50,810 bases of DNA, taken from Bdellovibrionales bacterium (GTDB lineage Bacteria; Bdellovibrionota; FAC87; UBA2466; JACKAF01). Under the pieces are notes generated by a model. It did no database searches. It saw only the letters and a program-made list of their open reading frames with translations, and had not been told where the DNA came from. The position numbers and the translations under genes were made by a program. Position 1 is the first letter of the stretch. Each line of letters opens with the position of its first letter. Below are positions 26,451-33,963 of the stretch, one piece after another. The stretch lies in the NCBI GenBank assembly GCA_020435295.1, contig JAGQZV010000001.1:1-50810 (forward strand), written 5' to 3'.

Positions 26451-28832
26451 CTAATTTTCTATCAGCCCTGTGGGGGAGAGATAGAGAAACGGCCGTTCGC
26501 TCAGCAGCGTCACCCAATGGATCTGTTCGGCAATGGAGGCTACAGGCCACGGCGTTTTCGCTTCGGCTTTAAGCCAACCGCCATCTCCAAACGGAGAGAA
26601 CAACGACGGCGCGGCGGCCAATACATAATAGTCGAAGGCGTTCGAAGATAGCCCCACCCGCTCTGCGGCCGCTTCGATAGCGTCCAAATAACTGCCGGTT
26701 TTGTCGACCAACTTCTTGGTTTGGGCTTCCGCGCCGGTCCAGACTCGGCCTTGTGCTTCGTCGTGGGCCTTGGAGACGCTAAGCTGGCGCTGCTTTGCCA
26801 CGTATTCCACGAAACTATCGTAGTATTGATCCAAACGTCGGTTCAGAATTTTTCTACCGCCCGCGCTTAGCCCTCGATCCTCTGAGTACAGATCTGCGTA
26901 GGGGGCATCGCTTAAGATCTCTTTTCGGAGATCAATTTTCTGATACAACTTGGATGCATTTACTTTGCCCAAGAAAACACCAATAGAACCCGTCAATGTC
27001 GTGGGAGCAGCAAAAATTTCACTTGCGGGAGCGGAGATCATGTAACCGCCGCTTGCTGCGTAATCGCCCATCGAAACGATCACCGGCTTTTTCTTTTTTG
27101 CTCTTTCAATCAGAGATGCGATTTGTCGACTGGGCAGGATCTCGCCCCCAGGACTGGAGACCCGTAACACGATCGCTTGCGTGAGCGGATCCCCCACCGC
27201 ACTCTCAAAGAACGCTTCCATTTTCTTGTAGGTGATCTGAGGGCTGCCTGCAAAGCTAAGCAGTGCACTGCGCCCTTGCAGAATATCTCCACTCGCGACA
27301 ATCACGGCAATGCGTGGGCGCAAAGCAATGGAGTCCTGCATCACCCTCGCATCATCGGTAAAGACTGCATTCACTTGCTCTTTGCGATCCGGAAAGGTTT
27401 CGATGGCATCGACAAGCTGCCACTCTTTCGCTTCTTCCGGGGAGAAGAGTGCGTGTTCAAGTACCTGATTCCATTTTTTGCGCGAGATTTTTCGGTGTTT
27501 GTCGAGAAACGCAAACAGATTCTGTTCGAGTGAACGCAGGCGTTGTATTGAGGCCTCTTTGGACGCCTCACTTGGACTTTTGCGCGTAAACGTTTCCGGC
27601 GCAGACTTGTACTTGCCTTTTGCGAAGAGTTCCCCTTCGATGCCTATTTTGTCGAGTGTCCCCCGTAGGTAGTACCGTGCTTCGCGCAAGCCAGCTAACT
27701 GTAGCTCCGCCCCTTCTTCTATATAGATGCGATCCGCGGCCGCGGCGACGAGATACTCCTTCAGACCCGCGTTGCCCAAAAAGACCTCGACCTCCTTACC
27801 TGCCCGCCGCGCGCGTGAAATGGCGTCGGCGAGGTCGTGAGCGGCCGCCAACCCCAACGGAAAGGATTTCAGATCAATGAGTACGACTTCGATCCCGGGA
27901 TCTCTACTGGCCTCATCCAACCGTTTTAGCAAATCGAGAAGACTTGGCCGATCGCTGCCCAGTAGCCCACCGCTTACGGGCTCCTCTCCAACCGCGCCAT
28001 TGACTGTCATCTCAAGACCGGAGTGAAAACTAATTAGTGATGAATACGGTTTGACCGAGAACTGCGCGCCAATGAGCACGGACCGTGCCGGCGTCTGAGG
28101 TTCAAATGCAGAAAAGTAGCTGGTGAAGCCGAAACTAATCTGCAACCCTACTTGCCACCTACGCTCATGGTGGTAACCGGCGCGGACACGGATCCCACGT
28201 GCGACTTCTACCTCGGCATTAGCCTCATAGCCCACGGCTTTAAGAAAGTTGTTCGAATAGGTATTAATGTCTAGCGTTAGCCGAAGAGGATCGATCGGGT
28301 TTAACAACAGCCCTGCCGTGTAGCGCGTAGGTACGAGTGAGCCGTTGTGGGTGGGTTGGTTTAGCCCTTCCGCCAAAAGTGCCAGACTGAATCGTTGGTG
28401 GGCGCGCAGCTGCAAGCCCATGGTGAGCGAATCGTAGTGGCTTAAGGCGGAAGTGTCTGACCGTGTGAAGGCGTAGCGGATGCCATAGTAAAGATATGGT
28501 GTGAACGGCAGTCCAAGTGCGAAACTGTAGCGGTTGAGTTCGCCCGTCGTACGGACTAGGTGTTCAATCCCAAAACCCAGCCAGCCAGTTGAAAGCGAGA
28601 AGACATAGTCGTTGTTTTGATTGGCGTTTAGGCTTGTGGAAAAGGCACCAAGAGGAGTGACCCCATTCAGGTTCGTTTGGAATCCAAGCGCTGCCGGATT
28701 GGTGAATACGCTGCGAGAATCATAAGTGCCGGCGATGGAAGTCGTATACTCCACGTTGTCCTTTAGAGCATCTGCCGCGAAGGCGGTGAAAGACGCCGTT
28801 AGCAGGACTGCTATCCATTCATAAGTACGCAT
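26451..28832 (-). CDS. sppA: signal peptide peptidase SppA (67K type, tandem S49 domains) with an N-terminal beta-barrel-like domain
   Basis: Domain 2 carries the Ser motif DYAASGGY. Domain 1 carries the conserved KGKYKSAPETF Lys segment. The first ~300 aa follow a signal peptide and have an alternating-hydrophobic beta-strand pattern rich in aromatic girdle residues. Confidence 0.82.
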   Translation of the reverse strand: MRTYEWIAVLLTASFTAFAADALKDNVEYTTSIAGTYDSRSVFTNPAALGFQTNLNGVTPLGAFSTSLNANQNNDYVFSLSTGWLGFGIEHLVRTTGELNRYSFALGLPFTPYLYYGIRYAFTRSDTSALSHYDSLTMGLQLRAHQRFSLALLAEGLNQPTHNGSLVPTRYTAGLLLNPIDPLRLTLDINTYSNNFLKAVGYEANAEVEVARGIRVRAGYHHERRWQVGLQISFGFTSYFSAFEPQTPARSVLIGAQFSVKPYSSLISFHSGLEMTVNGAVGEEPVSGGLLGSDRPSLLDLLKRLDEASRDPGIEVVLIDLKSFPLGLAAAHDLADAISRARRAGKEVEVFLGNAGLKEYLVAAAADRIYIEEGAELQLAGLREARYYLRGTLDKIGIEGELFAKGKYKSAPETFTRKSPSEASKEASIQRLRSLEQNLFAFLDKHRKISRKKWNQVLEHALFSPEEAKEWQLVDAIETFPDRKEQVNAVFTDDARVMQDSIALRPRIAVIVASGDILQGRSALLSFAGSPQITYKKMEAFFESAVGDPLTQAIVLRVSSPGGEILPSRQIASLIERAKKKKPVIVSMGDYAASGGYMISAPASEIFAAPTTLTGSIGVFLGKVNASKLYQKIDLRKEILSDAPYADLYSEDRGLSAGGRKILNRRLDQYYDSFVEYVAKQRQLSVSKAHDEAQGRVWTGAEAQTKKLVDKTGSYLDAIEAAAERVGLSSNAFDYYVLAAAPSLFSPFGDGGWLKAEAKTPWPVASIAEQIHWVTLLSERPFLYLSPTGLIEN

Positions 28833-28940
28833 TTTTCCTCCAAGCATCGGGTCTTTGGGTACGTATTGCTTCCATCGGGCGGCTTTGGTAGCCTACCTCA
28901 TTCTCCAACACCTGGGGAGGCCCCTACGGAGGGATGTTCG

Positions 28941-29339
28941 ATGGCGATGGACGCGTTAGAAAAAGAGCGGTTGAGGCGAAAAATGGCGCTGAAGATGGAA
29001 GCGTTCCAGGGTAGCCAGGGGACTGTCGTGTGTGTGAGCGGTCATTGGGTGGACGAAGAACACGGTTGCGAGCTCTGTGAGAGAGTGCACGGGCACGAGA
29101 TATTGATTTTGAAGAACCGCAAAGGCCGAAAGCTAAAAGCCGATGCCAAGTGCGTAGCCGAGATGGTGAAATTTCGCGTTACCGATGTGGAAGATCTTGA
29201 AAAGTGGCTTGCGAAAATGGGTGAGCTTCGTGCGGAGGCCCAGCGCCGCAGGGAAGATGAGAAAGCAGAACGAGAAGCCGAGCGCAAACGGCTGGAGCGA
29301 AAAGTAATTGTACGTCGCGGCCCCCGCGAGAACGCCTAA
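28941..29339 (+). CDS. hypothetical Cys/His-cluster protein with a charged coiled-coil tail
   Basis: ATG at 28941 (MAMDALEKE). CVSGHW-x5-HGCELCERVHGH cluster. Its stop overlaps the cinA start (TAATG). Confidence 0.5.
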   Translation: MAMDALEKERLRRKMALKMEAFQGSQGTVVCVSGHWVDEEHGCELCERVHGHEILILKNRKGRKLKADAKCVAEMVKFRVTDVEDLEKWLAKMGELRAEAQRRREDEKAEREAERKRLERKVIVRRGPRENA

Positions 29340-30586
29340 TGTCTTTGCGTATCGAAACTCTCGCAATCGGCGATGAGCTTCTCACCGGAAAAATTGCCGA
29401 TACTAACTCCCAGTATGTTGCAGGCCAATTGTTTGCAAACGGATTAGTCCTTAGCGCGACTTCCGTTATTCCGGACAACCCGGATGTGATTCTGTCCTAC
29501 TTTAATAGTCTTTCTGAACGAGCTGACGTGGTGGTGGTGTTTGGCGGACTTGGCCCGACGACAGATGACTTGACGGTGGACTGCGCCGCTCGAGCTATCA
29601 AGTCAGATACTGCCATTTATTTTCCGGCTAAGGAGCGGTTGGAGAAGATGTACGCGGACCGGCGGCGCACTGTGAACGCCGATGCACTCCGGCAAGTTCG
29701 GTACCCGCGCAATGCAGAGCCTTTTGCGAATGGTGTGGGGCTCGCCCCGGGTTTCACAATGTCCTTGGGCAAGTGTCGTTTCTATTTCCTCCCGGGAGTT
29801 CCAGCGGAGATGCGCCCTATGGTCGAAGACTCTGTTCTGCCTGGGATCCTAGGCATTGCAGGAAAAACGGCGCGTCTGTTGAGTCATTCGTGGCACTGCA
29901 TGGGTATTGCCGAGTCCGTGCTCCAGGGTTTGATGCATCCCGTAGAAGCAAAGCTGCCCGCTCACGCCCGTATTGGGTACCGCACCAGCCCTCCGGAAAA
30001 CGAAGTTGTGCTGTACTATCAAAACCTACCTGACGGAAATGGCATGGCCGAGTTTGAAAAACTTTGCGGCGAAGTGCGATCCGCCATCGGTACGTATGCC
30101 TACTCCGAGCGCTACGATACGCTAGAAGGCGCTGTCGTGAGCACTCTACGTGCGCTGAATCAGCGGATCGCATTGGTGGAGTCCTGCACGGGTGGCCTTG
30201 TCACCCATCGGCTCACTCGCATTCCCGGAAGTTCCAACGTGGTCTGGGGAGGGTACGCGGTATACCGAGTGGAGGCTAAGGCTGAAATGCTGGGCGTCAC
30301 GCTCCAATCAGAAGCCGAAGCTGTTTCCAAGGCTTGTTCTCTTCGCTTGGCGCAGCAGGCCCTTAAGTCTAGCGGGTGCGATGTGGCGGCTGCCATTACT
30401 GGGTATATGGGGCCTGATGGGGGAACAGACAAGGATCCGATTGGAACCATCTATATGGCGGTCGTGAATCGATCGCGAGTGGCAGAGCGTCGGGCGATAG
30501 TAGATCGGCCGGAGCGCGAACGGAAGCAGTGGGCTGCTTCCGCCGTGCTCCTAGACGAAATTTTACGGTTCATTCAAGCGGGCTAG
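29339..30586 (+). CDS. cinA: competence/damage-inducible protein CinA (MoCF-binding domain plus NMN amidohydrolase PncC domain)
   Basis: N-terminus IETLAIGDELLTGKIADTNS and a C-terminal VESCTGGL motif, typical of full-length CinA. Confidence 0.88.
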   Translation: MSLRIETLAIGDELLTGKIADTNSQYVAGQLFANGLVLSATSVIPDNPDVILSYFNSLSERADVVVVFGGLGPTTDDLTVDCAARAIKSDTAIYFPAKERLEKMYADRRRTVNADALRQVRYPRNAEPFANGVGLAPGFTMSLGKCRFYFLPGVPAEMRPMVEDSVLPGILGIAGKTARLLSHSWHCMGIAESVLQGLMHPVEAKLPAHARIGYRTSPPENEVVLYYQNLPDGNGMAEFEKLCGEVRSAIGTYAYSERYDTLEGAVVSTLRALNQRIALVESCTGGLVTHRLTRIPGSSNVVWGGYAVYRVEAKAEMLGVTLQSEAEAVSKACSLRLAQQALKSSGCDVAAAITGYMGPDGGTDKDPIGTIYMAVVNRSRVAERRAIVDRPERERKQWAASAVLLDEILRFIQAG

Positions 30587-30999
30587 TCGTTGTCTTCTTC
30601 GTAGGAAGCCGCCGCTTTCTTTGCAAAGTCATCATCATCGTCTGAATCAAATGAGTTGCTTTCGAAGTCTTCCGTATCGTCAAATTCGGAAACCTCGGCG
30701 GTTACAACTTCCATCGTTTCCTCGACGGACTTTGGAACGACTTCCACCGGAACTTCTCGGGGAACAATATTGAGCTTAGGACGTTTGGCCTTGGCGGCTT
30801 TTTTCCCCTTGGCTTTGGCTTTCTTCTTAGCCGGCTTTTTGCCGCCCTTTTTTTTCGCCTTTGCTCCGCCTTTTTTCTTGGTACTTGTTTTTTTCTTTTT
30901 CGCCTTTTTGGCTTTCTTTACTTTCTTGCCCGCCTTCTTGGTGGTTTTTTTCTTTTTGCCACCGGGGCGACGCGTCTTCTTTTTCTTCTTCTTTGCCAT
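30583..30999 (-). CDS. extremely lysine-rich H1-like protein with an acidic C-terminal tail
   Basis: AAGGAG Shine-Dalgarno 8 nt upstream of the ATG. The first ~75 aa are almost entirely K/A/G/T (MAKKKKKKTRRPGGKKKK...). The C-terminus is D/E-rich (FDSDDDDDFAKKAAASYEEDND). Confidence 0.65.
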   Translation of the reverse strand: MAKKKKKKTRRPGGKKKKTTKKAGKKVKKAKKAKKKKTSTKKKGGAKAKKKGGKKPAKKKAKAKGKKAAKAKRPKLNIVPREVPVEVVPKSVEETMEVVTAEVSEFDDTEDFESNSFDSDDDDDFAKKAAASYEEDND

Positions 31000-31186
31000 G
31001 CCCTGACTCCTTTTCTAATTTGTGTCCACTGGCTTCAAGTGGGATTTGGTCCCAATTTGTATTGCAAATGTCGGTAAAAGAGTTTATCCATTAAATATAC
31101 CTAGCGTAAATGTCTTTCTTTCATATCGGCAGTTAAGGGAAAAAACGAGAAAAGCTTAGCAGTACAGCAGGTCATTAGGGGGGAAT

Positions 31187-31690
31187 ATGGCCGCGAAACG
31201 CAAACTCAAGGTCTCCGCAAGGAAGACTTCTAAACCAATAGCTGCGTCTAAAGCCGCAGTCCACAAAGCCAAACGCAATCTAAAGCTCGTCTCCGCTAAA
31301 GCTTCGGAAAAGTCCAAGAAGCAGGAGAAAGCGGAGGTTGCGGAGGCGTCGGAGGCCGGCAAGCCGAAAAAAACCGCCAAGAAAAGAATGGGTGGTGGGA
31401 TCTCGGAACGGCTTCTCGAGGCTATCGAACGTCGCAAGCGTGAGCGTGGTGAAGAGGGCGAAAGCAGGATAGCGCAGCTATTCAAAAAACCCGCTGGACG
31501 GCGAGGCCGGCGCCCGAAGAACATCGAATATGGTTCTTCCAACGGTGCGGAAGAGGATTTCGCCGCCACCGATCCGGAAGCCGAACGCTTGGAGTACGAT
31601 ACTGGAATCAGGGTCGGCTATTCAGTCGACGGAGATTCCATGTTGTTTGAGCGCTCAGACGACTACGACGAAGAACTTGATTTCGGCTAA
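31187..31690 (+). CDS. lysine/arginine-rich protein with an acidic C-terminal region
   Basis: Divergent from the previous gene. Basic N-terminal two thirds (AAKRKLKVSARK..., GRRGRRPKN), then an acidic tail (DDYDEELDFG). Confidence 0.55.
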   Translation: MAAKRKLKVSARKTSKPIAASKAAVHKAKRNLKLVSAKASEKSKKQEKAEVAEASEAGKPKKTAKKRMGGGISERLLEAIERRKRERGEEGESRIAQLFKKPAGRRGRRPKNIEYGSSNGAEEDFAATDPEAERLEYDTGIRVGYSVDGDSMLFERSDDYDEELDFG

Positions 31691-31735
31691 GCGCCGCGCT
31701 TGAGTTCTCGTTGGGTATTGGGTAACTGTTTCAAC

Positions 31736-32767
31736 ATGAAGCAGCCTCAATCTCGAGTAAAAGCCGTCGAGTGGCGCGGTGACGCGTGTCACTTATTGGA
31801 TCAAACCCAAATTCCCGGAAGGGAAGCCTATCTCGAGTGTCGTCACTACCGCGAAGTTGTGAGCGCCATACGCTGCTTGGCAGTGCGCGGCGCTCCAGCA
31901 ATAGGGGTCGCGGGTGCTTTTGCGGTGGTGCTGGCGGCACAGGCCGCCTGCGACCAAAAAGACCCTCAGGGCTTTTTTGAAGAGGCTTTGACGGAAATTC
32001 GCGAGGCGCGTCCGACGGCAGTCAATCTTTCCTGGGCCGTGGAGCGCATGCGGGGTGTGGCCCAATCCACCGGACAGGATCCTAAAGCGCTTCTAGATGA
32101 AGCGCGGGCGTTGCATGAGCAGGATATCCAATTCAACTTAGACATCGCGCGCTACGGCTTAGAACTCTTCGACCGGAAGATTTCAGTTGGGACTTACTGC
32201 AATACTGGGGACTTGGCGACAGGGGGGATCGGTACCGCCTTCGGCCTGATTCACGGGGCGTATCTCAACGATCGCATCAAGCATGTCTACACATGCGAAA
32301 CCCGGCCAGTACTGCAGGGGTTGCGGCTAACGGCCTGGGAGCTCTACAAGAATGAGATACCTTTTACTGCCATCTGCGACAACATGGCGGCTTCTTTAAT
32401 GGCCGCTGGGAGAATCGAGGCCATCTTTTTGGGAGCCGATCGGATTGCAGCAAACGGCGATGCGGCAAATAAAATTGGGACCTACGCCTTGGCGGTGGCT
32501 GCCAAGTACCACGGTATTCCCTTTTACGTCGTTGCGCCCAGCTCAACTTTTGACCTGAGTTTGGCCTCAGGAACTGAAATCCCAATCGAGCAGCGCGACG
32601 CCAAAGAAATCTTGGCGGTATTGGGAGAGAATACTCCACCGGAGCCCTGGCCGGTTTACAACCCCGCGTTTGACGTGACGCCCCACGCGTTAATTACCGG
32701 CATAGTGTGCGAACGCGGGATTCTACGGGCTCCCTACGTAGAGAGTATCCGCTCCGCGCTGGGTTAG
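31736..32767 (+). CDS. mtnA: S-methyl-5-thioribose-1-phosphate isomerase (eIF-2B-related family)
   Basis: N-terminus VEWRGDACHLLDQTQIP, then RGAPAIGVAG, RPTAVNL and GADRIAANGDAANKIGTY. ATG 31736 is preferred. Confidence 0.88.
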   Translation: MKQPQSRVKAVEWRGDACHLLDQTQIPGREAYLECRHYREVVSAIRCLAVRGAPAIGVAGAFAVVLAAQAACDQKDPQGFFEEALTEIREARPTAVNLSWAVERMRGVAQSTGQDPKALLDEARALHEQDIQFNLDIARYGLELFDRKISVGTYCNTGDLATGGIGTAFGLIHGAYLNDRIKHVYTCETRPVLQGLRLTAWELYKNEIPFTAICDNMAASLMAAGRIEAIFLGADRIAANGDAANKIGTYALAVAAKYHGIPFYVVAPSSTFDLSLASGTEIPIEQRDAKEILAVLGENTPPEPWPVYNPAFDVTPHALITGIVCERGILRAPYVESIRSALG

Positions 32768-32839
32768 AGGACGAATGCCGCGCTTGCCTTGCAGCAAGTC
32801 CCTGTAAGGCGGACCTGTTTTGGGTTAGACTAAAAATCC

Positions 32840-33409
32840 ATGGGGGAAAAAGCCGACAATCGTCTTCCGGAGTTGCGCGAGGTCGTTAAGGAACAGGACC
32901 GGCGCGTCTACAACTTTTGCGAGTATATGCTGTATGAACCTGCGCTCGTGGCTCCTTTAGTCATAAAGGTTTTTGCAGAATTTGGCCGGGTATACCGCCG
33001 CCTGGAGTCGCAGACCGCTCCGATGTCGGATGACGAGCTACGGATCCGTCTTTTTCAGGTCGCATGGACCTTTATTCAGCGTCACCTAGCCGCCCAAGAG
33101 CACAACCTTCATTTGGGACGGGACACTCGGGATCTAAAGAACTTTGGGCGCGATCTACTTACTGGCGCGAACGCGGATGAAGCGCAGGTGCGAGAGCAGA
33201 TTTTTCAACGTATTTTGAGTCTGGATGCAGATCTCCGTGCACCGGTGGTTCTGCGCGACATCCTGAAGTTTAACGATGAGCAAACGATGCAGATTTTGGG
33301 AATGCGTTGGGGCGTGTACCGGCACCGCTTAAACCGCGGACGGCTAGACTTTGCAAACTATCTTCGCGGCCGTTTGGTGTCGAATTCCGATAGTGAGGCA
33401 ACAGTTTAA
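32840..33409 (+). CDS. divergent ECF-type sigma-70 family sigma factor
   Basis: Region-4-like segment LRAPVVLRDILKFNDEQTMQILGMRWGVYRHRLNRGR and a region-2-like N-terminal half. Translationally coupled (TAATG) to a membrane anti-sigma-like gene. Confidence 0.6.
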   Translation: MGEKADNRLPELREVVKEQDRRVYNFCEYMLYEPALVAPLVIKVFAEFGRVYRRLESQTAPMSDDELRIRLFQVAWTFIQRHLAAQEHNLHLGRDTRDLKNFGRDLLTGANADEAQVREQIFQRILSLDADLRAPVVLRDILKFNDEQTMQILGMRWGVYRHRLNRGRLDFANYLRGRLVSNSDSEATV

Positions 33410-33963
33410 TGGCGATTTCGAAGTTTTTTTGTCAAAACTTACTTTCCGACTACGTTGAGAAATTGCTTCCGGCGACTCGTCAAAACGAAGTCAAGCAGTG
33501 CCTGGAACAATATCCGGAATGTCGGGAGATGTACCAGGATCTTGTCTCCACACTTAAGCTTCTAGAAGGGCTTCCCGTGCGGGACATTAGCAACGATGTA
33601 GCGGTGAGAATCATGGAGGCGTCCGAAGGGGCGCGTTCCAAAAAAAGTTTGTCGGCGCGAGCAGTCCAGGTCGCTGTTTTTGCAGGGGTTCCTCTGGCAG
33701 TTCTACTCGGTATTTCCTTTCTCTATCCGAAATCAGTCCCCGTGGTTTCCCGCATGTTGGCCTCAACAAATGCTGGGGAGTCGGGCAATTTCCTTCGCTA
33801 TTATCCCCTCTACCATGGAGCCGCGGACGTCCTGGACGCCCAGGGGGCCGTCATCGAACAGGCTGAAACCTTCTCCGGTAGTGTCTGGGAGGAGGGGGGC
33901 CTTTCTGCCGAAGAGTTCGAAAGGACATTTCAGCTGCAGGGTGGTAATGTCCCCGAGAAGTGA
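33409..33963 (+). CDS. putative membrane-anchored anti-sigma factor (zf-HC2-like N-terminus)
   Basis: N-terminal C-x24-C-x6-C pattern (CQNLLSDYV...QCLEQYPEC), a single central TM helix, and a position immediately after the sigma gene. Confidence 0.5.
   Translation: MAISKFFCQNLLSDYVEKLLPATRQNEVKQCLEQYPECREMYQDLVSTLKLLEGLPVRDISNDVAVRIMEASEGARSKKSLSARAVQVAVFAGVPLAVLLGISFLYPKSVPVVSRMLASTNAGESGNFLRYYPLYHGAADVLDAQGAVIEQAETFSGSVWEEGGLSAEEFERTFQLQGGNVPEK

Noticed and set aside
28856-28870. Sigma-54-like TGGGTACGTATTGCT upstream of the small Cys/His protein gene.
   Set aside because: The GG-to-GC spacing is one nucleotide short (N9 instead of N10), and sigma-54 tolerates almost no spacing change.
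30656-31006. 116-aa plus-strand ORF opposite the poly-lysine gene, encoding poly-Phe/Leu/Ala.
   Set aside because: It is the complement of a poly-AAG/AAA lysine tract and has no Shine-Dalgarno. The minus-strand gene has AAGGAG 8 nt before its ATG and a coherent basic/acidic architecture.
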